Shown: positions 48,600-61,784 of the stretch, piece after piece
Layout: every line of letters starts with the position of its first letter
How positions within the stretch are numbered: the stretch's first letter is position 1
Assembly (NCBI RefSeq): GCF_006345805.1
Contig: NC_043011.1
Coordinates: forward strand, 49,860,464-49,924,463
Source of the DNA: Octopus sinensis
Taxonomy: Eukaryota
DNA length: 64,000 bases
Direction: 5' to 3'
Notes under the pieces: model-generated
What the model was told of the DNA's origin: nothing
Seen by the model: only the letters and a program-made list of their open reading frames with translations
Databases searched by the model: none
Position numbers and translations under genes: made by a program

Positions 48600-49570
48600 T
48601 TCAGTCTTCGCCCGAATATATGCTTCCATCTCCCGATCGGATACCAATATCACCTTGGCTGCGAAGAAAACTCGTATTCACTTTAAGGATAATAACTGGA
48701 CCCGCAACTCATCTACGGATTACTTCCATATAAACATGGACCTACAAAGTCACCGAACTTACAGGCCTCTCTCTAATTAATCAATACTTCCCCAACCTAT
48801 CAGGCGGCCTATACAGGAATAACACGCTCCTTTCAGCAACTGGATTAACTCGGCCGTCAGTAGAATGCACAAATTCTTTAGAATTTAGAATCTAAGTATT
48901 TCATTCAAAATTGACTCTAAGACGGCCATTTTCTTAGACGTTACTCTCGACTTAAGCATCACTCTATACCACCCTTTTATAAACCCAACCAATTTTTACA
49001 ATGCATAAATCCCCTCTCCAATCACCCTTAATCCCTCTCTAATCACAGGCATATCTATCAGAATAAGTTATCCGCTAACGAAGAAATTAAAACATTCACG
49101 CCCCGTATTATTTTTAGGCCCTCCAAATAAGCGGCTTCCGCGAAATAATCAATTATATCCCCAACACTAAGTTTAAAACTAAAATAGCACATCTCTTCCC
49201 CAATACTAATCCTGAATCTACGGACACAACCTACACTCTACACCAATCCAACAGGTCCGCAACCTTACACATCGCACTCAATCGCACCACTGGCCACTCC
49301 AAGCCTATCACAACTACAAGCACCCCACCCTCTCTTGATCAGTCTACTATGTGTACACGCTCTAAATAATCCAAGGCCAGGAAGCGTGAAATTTATGGTT
49401 TGCTGCACCCTTCTTTCTCCAAGTTAAATCTCTACTTAAACACTTTAAAACTCTATAATCCAATTTTCCACCACAGCATAAATACTATCCCATCGTTAAT
49501 AAATCATCTGTGAAAATCTCCTACTCAACCACATCTAATTTAGGATCGATAATCGCCTACGTGAACAAAC
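48600..49570 (+). pseudogene. Decayed Penelope-like (Naiad-like) RT remnant, different subfamily
   Basis: AKKTRIHFKDNNW..YFHINM, KVTELTGLSLIN, GGLYRNNTL, IFLDVTLDL, KPNQFLQCINPLSNHP, APYY..ALQISGF, WFAAPF..FPPQHKYYPIVNKSSVKISYSTTSNLGSII. Confidence 0.85.
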
Positions 49571-49574
49571 GCGG

Positions 49575-50395
49575 ATTAAATCTCCTTTATTATCGTTTGG
49601 TATTGGTTTAAAAGTTCAAAGTGAACTAAGCCTTTCATATCCCACTAAAAAGATAACACCTTACGTGGGTGAAGACCTCCTTTAGCCTGAGGTGCCAGTG
49701 TTTCACCTTTCCCTAGCCACTGTCTTCGGCGATTGACATTTTTATAGAGAACCTTATATCTCATAACCAATCACTATTCGGTCTAAAAAAAGGTTCATTC
49801 GTGTGACATGACAGCAAAGAAGAACACAAATTCACTTTCTGCGTACGATTACACTCGAACAATTTGTGAGGAACCCATTGACCCAATTGGATGACTTTTC
49901 CGATGGCACACAGGTGTTGATGAATGGTTGAATGACCAAATCAAAGCTTCTCTACTAGTTCCTCAACAGTTACGATGGCAGTTTGTTCCACCAGCGTTTT
50001 CAGGACGTTCTCATCAAGATCTACAAATCTTCAAGGACAAGGCTTGTCTTTTAGGCTGTAGTTTCCGTCATGCAATTACTGGAACCACTGTTGACACTGG
50101 CTTACATTTATCATCCGATCCTCATATATTGCATTAATATTCCTCGCACTTTCCACTGCATTGATGCTGTTATTGAACTCATAAAGCAAAATATGCCGCA
50201 TATGCTTTTTTGTCACTTGCATTATAGCTTTGAGAAACTAACTGTTAAAATCGAACTACACTCTTCAAAACTTGTACTAAGAATAAGATCAAGATAAAAA
50301 TTACTACCTGCTTTTCTAGCAAATTTATGCAGGTAGTTTATCCTGTCCCCTTCCGACTTTTAGTTCATGCATTGAAAAAAACCGCATTATTTATC
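49575..50395 (-). pseudogene. Mariner 5' two-thirds remnant
   Basis: Minus-strand KKHMRHILLYEF..ARNINAIY..QCQQWF, GQWVPHKL (WVPHEL motif), FLDRIVIGYE, LHPRKVL..WDMKGLVHFELL; TIR remnant AAAACCGCATTA at ~50377. Confidence 0.9.
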
Positions 50396-50718
50396 GTATA
50401 CATACATACATACATACATACATACATACATACATACATACATGCATGCATGCATACATACATTCATACATACACACATACATACATACATACATACATA
50501 CACACATACATACACACATACATACATTCATACATTCATACATACATACTTACATACATACATACTTACATACATACATTCATACATACATACATACATT
50601 CATACATAAATACATACATATATACATACTTACATTCATACATACATACATTCATACATACATACATACATACATACATACATACATACATACATACATA
50701 CATACATACATACATACA
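50396..50718. repeat. (CATA)n microsatellite
   Basis: Direct inspection. Confidence 0.95.
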
Positions 50719-51049
50719 AGAACTGTATTTTGAGCAATCAGATGTCATGGTTCGGTAAGTGTGCAAAATTGGTTAGCATCTATCTCGCTTTTTTTCAACG
50801 AAATATTTTGGCCAGTCGGGGTGTGCGGCTTAGACGTCACAGTTTGGTGGGCAAGTCAAGGATGCTTTACTTTGACCGCACCTAAAGAATTAATTATTTG
50901 GCTATACTTCGGAATGTTGCAAACAACATTCCTGCTTTCATGGAATTTTACTGCTACTGTTCCTACAATTTTCGAGAAACTTTACATTTCAATCAAGTCA
51001 ATATTGTTATGGCTAGCACTACCACCATCAACACCATCATATTTATTAT

Positions 51050-51149
51050 TGTTGTCGTTAGTGGTGGCGGTGGTGGTGGTGGTGGATGGTGGTAGTAGTA
51101 ATGGTAGCATAGTATTTATTATTATTATCATTACAACTATCACTGTTAC

Positions 51150-51188
<39 letters not shown>

Positions 51189-51214
51189 CATTATTATTAT
51201 TATTATTATTATTA

Positions 51215-51251
<37 letters not shown>

Positions 51252-51313
51252 GTTGTTGTTGTTTTTATTATTATTATTATTATTGCTATTATTATTACTA
51301 TTATTATTATTAC

Positions 51314-51347
<34 letters not shown>

Positions 51348-51350
51348 GTC
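51050..51350. repeat. (GGT)n/(ATT)n microsatellite
   Basis: Direct inspection. Confidence 0.95.
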
Positions 51351-52059
51351 CATTTAAAACGGGTTTGAATTTATTAATAAAATTCTCTTCTCTGACGTTT
51401 TTCTCGACTTCACTAGAGTTGTGTAGTTTGTAGAATGGAAATATAAACATTTTCTGACAACATGTTGTTTAATGGGATTTGACGGACCATTAGAGTCTCT
51501 AAACAGTTTTCGGTGGACGCGTCGACGTTTCGATAATGCATTCCAGTCTGACCAACGTATATCTCTTCACAATTCGGACATTAGATGCAGTAAATTAAAT
51601 TTCTGCTTTTAAAGTTCATATTTACATTTGCAAATATTCTTTCGGACTTGTGTCCCTATATTGACCAGTTCGTTTGAACTGACATGTACCGTATCGATTA
51701 TCATTGCATTTAGATACAATGAATGATTCGTCGTCGTCGCTTACGACAAATTTGGCTTTTGTTAATAATTGTTTCAAGTTTTTCGGCTGTCTTTTACTTA
51801 GAACTTCTTTACATTCACATTATTTGTGCATCTTTATCAATGCTCTACCATCCAATTTCTATTCTCATTTCTGTGCCTTGAGTGCATATCCTGGCATATC
51901 ACCTCCATCTCTCTCACTCTTGTTCTCTTCCACTTTCTCTTATTCTTGATCACTCTCTCTCTCTCTCTCGCTCTGTCCTTCCGTATACTCTAATCTCATC
52001 ATTATCCCCTGGCACAAAACCACCACCTCCAGTACTCCTACCCCTCAAAAGACCTTTGT

Positions 52060-52400
52060 CTTGCAATTGACTTGATGGCCTCACCAGTGCTGGTGCCTTG
52101 TAAAAGACATCCAGTCCACACTGTAAAGTGGTTGGAATTTGGAAGGGTTTCCAGCTATAAAAGCAAAACAAACATGCAAAAATAGACCTTGCCAATGCTG
52201 GTGCCATGTGAGAAGCACCCAATCCAATCTGTAAAGGGATTAGCATAAGGAAGGGCATCCAACTGTAAATACCATGCCAGAACTGACAGTGGAGCAGTCC
52301 TCTGGTTTTCCAGCTCCTGTCAAACCACCCAACCCATGCCAGCCTTGAAGACGGACGTTAGATAATAATGATGACGAGAGTGTTGATGATGATCATGATG
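52060..52400 (+). mobile_element. SINE 3' portion with internal duplicated module and (GAT)n-like tail
   Basis: GTGCTGGTGCC..CTGTAAAG..GGAAGGG module twice; tail CAACCCATGCCAGC..GACGGACGTTAGATAATAATGATGA. Confidence 0.7.
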
Positions 52401-52889
52401 ATGAGACTCAATGATATTTAAAAAAGGCTTAATGTTTCGTCATATTCAGTAATTTGTTTCTTGAGATGATTCTAGAACTATTTTTATATCTTTTAATCTT
52501 TTACTTTCAGCAATGATCGGCAAATTTGCTTACGCAAAGCTAAAGATATATTCGTCTAATGAAATGCGTGTCACCATAAAAGGTATGGTCTGTTCTTCTT
52601 TTCCTCTTTATTGAGTTGCCCTAATTTGTAGCCTGGATATCTCTACACTGTATACCATTTTCTCTAAGTAGAGATTGGTATTTTTGTTTGAGTAGAAATT
52701 TTTAGCCATTTGTCTCTGACATTCACAGCATTCACGATGATACATTTTTTTCTGGCTAGGCAACATGGTGTATTGCACTTTGCATGTGTTAGATGGCACG
52801 ATTCAAAGTTCAGATATTGATGCATGCCTGTGTGTTTATAATGTATGTCAGTGGTGATGGTAGAGTCACTTTTAATTGCAATTATGTCA

Positions 52890-53218
52890 TTATGGTTCAG
52901 TGGTTAGAGCGTCGAACTTACGATCGTGTGGTTGTAAGTTCGAATCCGGGACCGGGCTGCGTGTTGTGTTCTTGAGCAAGAGACTTCATTTCACGTTACT
53001 CCAGTTCACTCAGCAGTAGAAATTAGCTGCGACGTCACAGGTGCCAAGCTGTATTGGCCCCTTTGCCTTTCCCTTGGATAACACTGGTGATGTGGATAGG
53101 GGAGGACGGTATGCATGGGCGACTGCTGGTCTTTCATAAACAACCTTGCCCGGACTTGTGCCTGGGAGGGTAACTTTCTAGGTGCAATTCCACGGTCAGT
53201 CATGATTGAAGGAGGTCA
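52890..53218 (+). mobile_element. tRNA-derived SINE with CORE/Meta-like domain
   Basis: TGGTTCAGTGGTTAGAGCG (A box), AGTTCGAATCC (B box), GTGTTCTTGAGCAAGAGACTTCATTTCACGTTACTCCAGTTCACTCAGC. Confidence 0.88.
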
Positions 53219-53779
53219 CAACATCTCTAGAAATGGTAATATGCTACAACTCAACATTTTTTAAACATATTTTAGACACCTTTGTTTACACAATTTATCA
53301 ATATTTTTATACTTTTTATGTGTTTTTAAAGTACATAAGTAAGCGTCTTGTGTTTTTGTATGCAGTTTTAAAAAAGACGGACGGTAATTTACTAATCATT
53401 TTATCAGTAAACTGAAAATGTCTAATTTGTAAATGAAATATATTTTATTAATTTAAGTGTAATTCTGCAAATGATTTATTGACAATTTGTGTTGATATAG
53501 AACAGCTGACGGAAAAGACATGGAAATTAGTTATTTAAACATGAATTAGGTAGATATTCTGATATGAAATATATGTCTAGTATAATTTTCGTATAGAGTA
53601 ATGTTATGTGACATATATTAATGTAACTATATTGATACATAATGAAAGAAATAGCTAAGTTAATTATCATTAATGATATCCAACTTTATATTAAATATAT
53701 ATTAATGATGAATGACAATATTTATATTCTAAATAACGTGGATGTATAGTTAGTACTTGTATAATTGACTCCCGTTAAG

Positions 53780-54125
53780 ATTAAAGATGAATTAGATCTT
53801 GGCAACATTTGATCTCAAAAAGTAAGGAAAGGCGGACGGCCGATAAACATTTTGGCCAGAATGCTACCGATTCAGGAAACTCAACGTTTTAATGATGATA
53901 ATAATAATAATACTGATAATAATACTCAAGTTTTGTCACAAGTGGAGCAATATTGTGAGAGCGATGAGTCGATTACATCAACCCTACTGTTCAACTGCTA
54001 CTTATGTTATTGACCACGAAAAGTTAAAGTAGACCTCAGCGGAATTTGAACTCAGAATGTGAGGTCTGACGAAATGCCGCTAAGCATTTTGTCCAGCATG
54101 CTAAAGTCTCTACCAGCTCGCCGCC
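53780..54125 (-). mobile_element. Two old Nin-domain SINE fragments
   Basis: GACCTCAGCGGAATTTGAACTCAGAATG..GACGAAATGCCGCTAAGCATTTTGTCC..CCAGCTCGCCGCC. Confidence 0.75.
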
Positions 54126-54158
54126 TTATAACAATAATAATAATAATAATAATAATAA

Positions 54159-54562
54159 GTTGCCCAGTCCTGGCTAAGAAGGAATATATTCACAGACCCG
54201 ACAGAGTTGGGAACTACATACACTGGAAGCTATGCCAACATTGTGGAATAACAACAGAAATAAGATGGTATAGGCACACACCAGAAAAGGTCACAGAAAA
54301 CGAGAAAGCAACCATATTCTGGGATATGCCAATACACACAGATAGAGAAATATTCAGACAAATACATAACAAAAACACCAGGTCTTAGAAACACATATAA
54401 CATACAGAAAATTGCACTACTAGGCACTGCACACATCCTACGCAGAACACTTTCCATACAATAAGCATCAGAGCATCACAACAAATCACAGCACATACCC
54501 AAGGCACAAAGAGCTGCGCTCGGTAGTGAAGTGAAAGCACGTTATAAAAATAAAACTACTGA
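54159..54562 (+). pseudogene. 5'-truncated, internally deleted R4/Dong-like (RLE-clade) LINE 3' end inside an (AAT)n array
   Basis: SCPVLAKKEYIHRPDRVGNYIHWKLC (zinc-knuckle region), IFWDMPIHTDREI, QKIALLGTAHILRRTLSIQ*; (AAT)n on both sides. Confidence 0.85.
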
Positions 54563-54577
54563 ATGATAATAATAATA

Positions 54578-54649
<72 letters not shown>

Positions 54650-55092
54650 TTCTGCTCAATACCACAGATTTGCTTGTCAGTTGTTTGACCTTAACCAGTT
54701 GAGCATGTCCCTTAGTGGCTGACGATATGTGCATCTCTGATCACGAGTGGAAGTTGTGGGGGAGCATCATAGCCATGTGTTGAGAGGGATTCTTTGGGGT
54801 TTGAATAATTCACCTCTGGAAACATGGGTGTTTCGTTCAACACTCTTAAACAACCCTTATTCAGGGACCTTTTGAGCAGGATGGGTTACTCGACCAGAAG
54901 AAAATTCTAACTGGGCCCCACCTGCAAGGTCATGTGCTGTTTATCTTGATATGAAATCACCATGTCGCGCACATATGGTTGTGATGCATGTGCCTGGTGT
55001 ACCCTTATCAGACGGGTAGTCATGATGGGTATACTGGGCTTCGTATATTTTACCCCAGTGTCACTTTGATGGCATGCACTGCTCTCTCACTC

Positions 55093-55093
<1 letters not shown>
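54650..55093. mobile_element. Unclassified complex-sequence insertion between (AAT)n arrays, probably an interspersed repeat
   Basis: ~440 bp of higher-GC non-coding sequence bounded by (AAT)n at both ends; resembles a repeat I recall from octopus DNA, but there is no second copy in this window. Confidence 0.5.
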
Positions 55094-55130
<37 letters not shown>

Positions 55131-55184
55131 GCCTTTCTACTCGAGGCACAAGTACTCAAATTTGTAATGACAATTAAAACATAT

Positions 55185-56230
55185 CTAATTTCTTTAAATG
55201 TTAATTCAATTCTACTCTCTTTCTTGATGAAATTGTTGGTAACATCATTGTAGAGGGTATCGTTCTTAATCATTTTTCAAATGGCTTTTTCTATGCCAAT
55301 TAAAGCTAAAGTGCTCAACGTTTTTCTTGTCCCTGCAAATTTCTTGTATAATTATGCATTCTCCTTAGGTATGAAAAGGAGCGCTCAACTGTAGCACTAG
55401 TTGCTGGTAGTGTTCATATTACTTCACAAAGCTTCGTTAACTGGGGCAAAGCTTCATCTAATCCACTATTATGCAGAATGTAAAGTAAAACTGAACGGAT
55501 TTTCCTTTTAGTTCAGCATCTTTGTACAAGGCAGTAAGTTCGCTTCTTAAATTTTGGTTGTCGAAATTGTCTCTGTAAGAATGTTTAAGGTAAGTTAGAG
55601 ATGTTTCCTAGTCGTCGTTATTTTGTCTTGTCTCATCGGATCGAAAAGTGCTAAAAAAATGTAATTCATTTAAATTTTGAAATCGTATCTCAGTTTGCTC
55701 GCAAATTAAATCTATAATTTTACTGAACAGCTGTCTCAATCCTTCCTCTGTTTCAAACGCATTTTTCTTTTCTTCATTTGAAGATAAATGCTATCAACAT
55801 TAGCCAAAAGTTTAGAAAATTCGTGCAATTTTTTCTTTCAAAACTTTCACAATTTTATTTACTTTACGAATACAGTAGGATATATCAAATGTTTTTTTTT
55901 TTTTTCTGGAGGATGTCAAATGCTGCATTTGTGTAAATAAAAATATCTCCCAATACATTTAACAAAAAGCAATTGAATTTACAATTTTGGTAATTAGAAT
56001 ACAACGCCGGAGCATAACTATAGCTTTCCGTGTCCCATTTACTTGAATAATCAATGATGTTTAGGAATATATCAGGAAGCTTCTCATGATATTCACGAAC
56101 TGTTTCTACCAACGAGTTGGCGCGACTTTTGGGAAAACTCTTTTTAATTTCAGTATCTACTAAATGCAAGCTTTTGGTCGACATGTCCAACGTATCTTTT
56201 ATTATTCTTTTTATCTTTGAATGTTTTTTA
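55185..56230 (-). pseudogene. hAT-superfamily transposase remnant (C-terminal dimerisation domain)
   Basis: Minus-strand TLPATSATVERSFSYLRRMHNYTRN..LSTLALIGIEK..KESRIELTFK; upstream LVETVREY..IID..WD..FNCFLLNVLGDIF..FDILQKK. Confidence 0.85.
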
Positions 56231-56459
56231 GCAAGTAGACTGCAGCCAAGCTGGGGCACTGCATTGTGTGACATTTAGTCGAACGAAAATACCGTTAAGT
56301 CTGGTACTCATTTTATCGATCTCTTCTTGTGCAGAACTGCTAGGATACGGAGACGTAAGCGCACCAATACCGGCTGTCAAGCAGTGGTTAGAGGAGAGAC
56401 ATTAGCACAAAGACAAAGACAAACACACGCTTCTCTCTCTCTCTCTCTCTCTCCCTCTT

Positions 56460-56495
<36 letters not shown>

Positions 56496-56654
56496 CGTAT
56501 ATGGCAAATGAAAGATGGAAGATGGAATATACGAGAATTTATTAATCACGACAATTGTTTCGACACATCTAGCATGCATCCCTGTTATGATACAGCTAAA
56601 GCGGTAACAACGTCAGTAAATGGAGTTGGGACTGCCTTACGTACAAATAAATAC

Positions 56655-56840
56655 GATAAATGTTCATGCAGAGAAAAATCGAAATATCCTTTGATGAATC
56701 TCTGTATGAGTACAAATCTTATGTGCTGTGCACACAAGGGAAAGGCCGTACATTTACATTGGGCAGGCGGCCGATTCATTTAAGAATCGCTATCGTAACC
56801 ATGTCGCCAGCTTTAAGACAATCAAACTGAAAAGAACCTC
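56655..56840 (+). pseudogene. GIY-YIG fragment of the same Penelope-like family as 5176-7000
   Basis: CSCREKSKYPLMNLCM and YIYIGQAADSFKNRYRNHVASFK; nucleotide similarity to 6595-6775. Confidence 0.85.
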
Positions 56841-56841
56841 G

Positions 56842-56887
<46 letters not shown>

Positions 56888-57773
56888 CGAGGTTCTTTTC
56901 TGTTTCCATTTACCATATCCACATTCGTCGGCTCGACGCTTGAGTAGAAGTCACTCGCCCAAGGTGCCAAACAGCAGAACTGAACCCATGACTATTTTCT
57001 TGGGAGGCAAATGTCTTACTACACAGCCACGTCTGTAAATTAATTAGGGATTGTATCTTCATGAAACTTTGACGGTAATATCGTTATAAGATCAAATGTG
57101 CGTATAGATAGTCCACCGTTGTCTAATACATAAATATAAATGTTAAAAACTGGCTTAAGCGTAAAGCATAAACTGACAAAAGTTGCTCTTCTTTTGCATT
57201 CGTACAATAGACAAAGGACTTATTTAAATATTTACTTGAGAACATATAAGGAAAGTCAAGATGACACGCGACGTCCTGACAACCAATTGATATCACTAAA
57301 GGTTGTTAATAGTTTAATTCTTTCGATGTGAAATACCTCGTATGATCATTAAAGAGGTCAACAATGCCCTTCTCAGCGAGAGGTGTAGGAGAAGCTGTAT
57401 ATAGAGCAAAAGGCAGAAGACACGAGCAAATGTTAAATGATTCAAAAACGTTGGTTCAAAAGGAATGCAATCTATTCGACTTCAAGTAGTTCAGCTGAAA
57501 GCTGTCCATCCTTTTAATAGGTTTTTTACATAACACGTTGAAGCTGTAATATAGACAGGGTGGGGAGCGGTTTTAAGAAGTTGTCACATCAGAAATATCA
57601 GCGGCACTAGTACTCTTAATATAAATGTCAAGGTAAATACTTAGATAGGTGTAATGGGATTGGATGTGTGTTGTTTTAGTTTTGTTAATTTACGCTGATA
57701 ACGCCACAGTAAGTGTTAGTATGTATAAAGGTATACGTGTATGTGTGTATGTATATGTGTAACTATGTTTATA

Positions 57774-57830
<57 letters not shown>

Positions 57831-57959
57831 TATATACAGATATAGACAGACAGACAGACAGTTAGATAGACGAGTATATGTGTATATATATATATAGTTT
57901 CACGTTCCCGTCGTCGGACAGTTTTGTTAATATACTTATATATATAAATATATATATCT

Positions 57960-58350
57960 TTCTCTTTCTCTTTTTACTTGTTTCAGTCATTTTGACTGCG
58001 GCCATGCTGATGCACCGCCTTTAATCGAGCAACTCGACCCCAGGACTTATTCTTTGTAAGCCCAGTACTTATTCTATCGGTCTATTTTGCCGAACCGCTA
58101 GGTGACGGGGACATAAACACCCAGCATCGGTTGTCAAGCAATGCTAGGGGGACAAACACAGACACACACATATAAACATATATATGTATACGACGGGATT
58201 CTTTCAGTTTCCGTCTACCAAATCCACTCACAAGGCTTTGGTCGGCCCGAGGCTATAGTAGAAGACACTTGCCCAGGGTGCCACGCAGTGGGACTGAACC
58301 CGGAACCATGTTGTTGGTAAACGAGCTACTTACCACACAGCCACTACAGA
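57960..58350 (-). mobile_element. Full-length SINE family A
   Basis: Reverse complement of the family-A head and tail. Confidence 0.9.
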
Positions 58351-58354
58351 CATA

Positions 58355-58403
58355 CAGATAGGTAGATAGATTGATAGATATACAGAAATATAGATAGGTA
58401 GAA

Positions 58404-58436
<33 letters not shown>

Positions 58437-58541
58437 GCGAGAATGATAGACAGATAGATAAATAGATAGATAGAAATATAGATAGACAGATATAGATAGA
58501 TATATATATAGATAGATAGATAGATATATAGATAGATAGAC

Positions 58542-58588
<47 letters not shown>

Positions 58589-58640
58589 AGATAGATAGAC
58601 AGAGAGATAGATAGGCAAGCAGGCAGGCAGTTAGACAGAT
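58355..58640. repeat. (GATA)n/(GACA)n microsatellite
   Basis: Direct inspection. Confidence 0.95.
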
Positions 58641-59149
58641 AGATCGAGAGGCAGTCAGAGACAGATACACATACAAACACTTACACACATACATACATGT
58701 ATGCATATATACGTACGTGTATGTATGTATGTACGTCGGTACGTAGTACTTATGTACGTATGTATGTATATACGTATGTATGTATGTACACATGTGTATG
58801 CATGTATATTTATACACTCATGGTACATGAGAGTAAACCATTGGAGACCGAGAGAAACGGTTCTGCAACTTATAACTGAACAACCTGCACAAATAATTTC
58901 TCTATAGCCATCTGATATATGGTGTGTACAATGGCGTACTGCCTCCGTCAAATCAACGTTGTCTGAAACAGATGTATCGTAAATCAAACTTCAGGTGCAG
59001 TAGTGATTGCTCGGTCTAGCAATGGAAGCGCGATCATGTGATCATAAGTGCAAGACGTTAAACACTAGGCAATGTACCCTCCACATACATACATGCACAC
59101 ACATACACACACACATTCACACACCAGTACACATACCCACATATGTATA

Positions 59150-59535
59150 CTCTTTTACTCATTTACTTGTTTCAGTCATTTGACTGCGGCCACGGTAGAG
59201 CACTGCCTTTAGTCGAGCAAATCGACACTAGGGCTTATTTTTTGTAAGCTTAGTACTTATTGTATCGGTCTCTTTGCCGAACCGCTAAATCACAGGGATG
59301 TAACCACACCACTATCGGTTGTCAAGCGATGTTGGGGGACAAACACAGACACACACATATAAACATATATATACGACGGGATTCTTTCAGTTTCCGTCTA
59401 CCAAATCCACTCACAAGGCTTTGGTCGGCCCGAGGCTATAGTAGAAGACACTTGACCAAAGTGCCAAGCAGTAGTACTGAACACGGAACCATGTGGTTGG
59501 TAAGCAAGCTACTTACCACACAGCCACTCCTGCGC
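59150..59535 (-). mobile_element. Full-length SINE family A
   Basis: Reverse complement of the family-A head and tail. Confidence 0.9.
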
Positions 59536-59579
59536 TTACATGTATACATTTAGTTCACTATGATAGATGGCTAGCTACT

Positions 59580-59735
59580 ACACGCATTTTTTCTCTCCTT
59601 GTTTTTTTTTCTGTGTTTCTTTCTGTGAAAGAGCGTAGGCTCGAAACGTTAAAGACTTTTTCAATTCCCGAGCTTTATACTAATACATCTGTTTGTTTTC
59701 TACACCACTTGTCTTCGTCTTTTGGTTTTTGCGTG
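59580..59735 (+). repeat. Relative of the hammerhead-like short repeat with a degenerate core
   Basis: CTGTGAA-A-GAGC-GTAG-GCTC-GAAA-CGTT...CCGAGCTTTA; same architecture as 4731-4800 but CUGANGA and the cleavage triplet are altered. Confidence 0.45.
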
Positions 59736-60804
59736 AATTCTCCTTATATATACATACATATGTATGTGTGTGCTTGTGCGTCTGTGTGCGTGTGTGCATG
59801 TGTGTGTGTGTGTGTGTATTTATACATGTTTATAACTTCTTGTAGCATTTTTTCAGTTTGCTTGGAACAATAAATTTCCTAGGTCTATGATCAATGCTTT
59901 TGTTCATTCACAGTACCATCATCAGGATATGAAATTTCTCTGTCTTCCGTATAGCCTCATGTATTAGTACGTTTTATAATCAACTTCAGATTATTATAGA
60001 ATATATGAAAAAAACAAACGATATAAATCATTAGGAAATGTGATAAAATCAACGTAAAATCTAGGAAGTTCTAAAGTTATTTTTTAAAACAAATGTATGT
60101 AAATGTGCAGAGAAGATAAGTAATGTTTAAAAATATCTCTGTTAAAACAACTAAAATGAACAGAATGTAAAACATAAGAATAACAATCAGACGCAACTAG
60201 TGTAACTATGAAAATAGCAAAAAAATATTATTTCATATAAACAAGTCAAATGCAGATATACAAGCAAAGGAAGGTATGAAATATAATGTAAAAAGCGAAA
60301 TATTTCTAGAAAACAACGAAAATAGAAAATTGTTAAACAAGAAAGCAAAGTAATAAGAATAAAATATATAATAAAAACAAAAGAACGCTTACAATCATAC
60401 CAAAAAAAAAAATCTTGTAAAATAAAGCCAGAAAAACGTGCAAAATGATACCAAATATACGTTGAAAAATACTACCAGAAAAGCGTTCAAACATTAATGC
60501 AAGGAAAACGTAGAAAATGATACGAGAAAAACGTAGAAAATAAAGTAAGAAATTGCATAAGATATAGAAAGAAATGCGTGGAAGGATGTAAAAGGAGAAA
60601 GGAAAAGAAGCAAGCGTAGAAAATATAAAATTTGTTGAAATACTAATACTATCACAGATCGCCTACATAGAACCATTTGAATCTGAAGTCTTGTGTTCAA
60701 GTGCAGACGGATGTTAATAGTGTCCTTACTGACTGTAAAATTTCTGTGAAAACAAATGAACTGAAGCGAATGTTATTGGCAGGTAGTTTTGGGATAGATG
60801 GATG

Positions 60805-61189
60805 GAAGCACTCCGTCGGTTACAACGACGAGGGTTCCGGTTGATCCGAATCAACGGAACAGCCTGCTCGTGAAATTAACGTGTAAGTGGCTGAGCACTC
60901 CACAGACACGTGTACCCTTAACGTAGTTCTCGGGGATATTCAGCGTGACACAGAGAGTGACAAGGCCGGCCCTTTGAAATACAGGTACAACAAAAACAGG
61001 AAGTAAGAGTGAGAGAAAGTTGTGGTGAAAGAGTACAGCAGGGATCACCACCATCCCCTGCCGGAGCCTCGTGGAGCTTTAGGTGTTTTCGCTCAATAAA
61101 CACTCACAACGCCCGGTCTGGGAATCGAAACCGCGATCCTATGACCGCGAGTCCGCTGCCCTAACCCCTGGGCCATTGCGCCTCCACAG
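60805..61189 (-). mobile_element. Full-length tRNA-derived SINE (GGAGGCGCAATGG head)
   Basis: Reverse complement GTGGAGGCGCAATGGCCCAGGGGTTAGGGCAGCGGACTCGCGG..GGTTTCGATTCCCAGACCGGGCG; tail ends ACGGAGTGCTTCC. Confidence 0.92.
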
Positions 61190-61299
61190 TGTTGGGATAA
61201 TAAATTATATGATAATAGAAATAGCCAAACAGCAAGGAGGTTTCAAAGAGGTCGCAGGAGATATTAGAAATAGCAAACACCAAGACCTCTTCATATATA

Positions 61300-61718
61300 T
61301 TACTGATTTCTTTATTGCCCACAATGGGCTAAACATAGAGGGACAAACAAGGACGGGCAAAGGGACTAAGTCGATTACATAGAGCCCAGTGCGTAACTGT
61401 TACTTATTTAATCGACCCCGAAAGGATGAAAGGCAATGTCGATCTCGGCGGAATTTGAACTCAGAACGTAGCGGCAGACGAAATACCTATTTCTTTATTA
61501 CCCACAAGGGGCTAAACACAGAGCGGACAAACAAGGACAGACATAGGTATTAAGTCGATTACATCGACCCCAGTGCGTAACTGGTACTTAATTTATCGAC
61601 CCCGAAAGGATGAAAGCAATGTCGACCTTGGCGGAATTTGAACTCAGAGCGTAGCGGCAGACGAAATACCGCTAAGCATTTCGCCCGGCGTGCTAATGTT
61701 TCTGCCAGCTCACCGCCT
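61300..61718 (-). mobile_element. Nin/Deu-domain SINE: one head plus two body/tail units
   Basis: Junction CGAAATACCTATTTCTTT at ~61480-61497 is the reverse complement of AAAGAAATAGGTATTTCG. Confidence 0.9.
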
Positions 61719-61784
61719 TCCCTCTACATATATATTACTGTGTTTAAAATGATATGTTCAAATTTATATTTCACATGGTTTGAA

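Noticed and set aside
49660-49680. YVGED as the GIY-YIG of the adjacent PLE
   Set aside because: This sequence is the antisense of the mariner LHPRKV motif.
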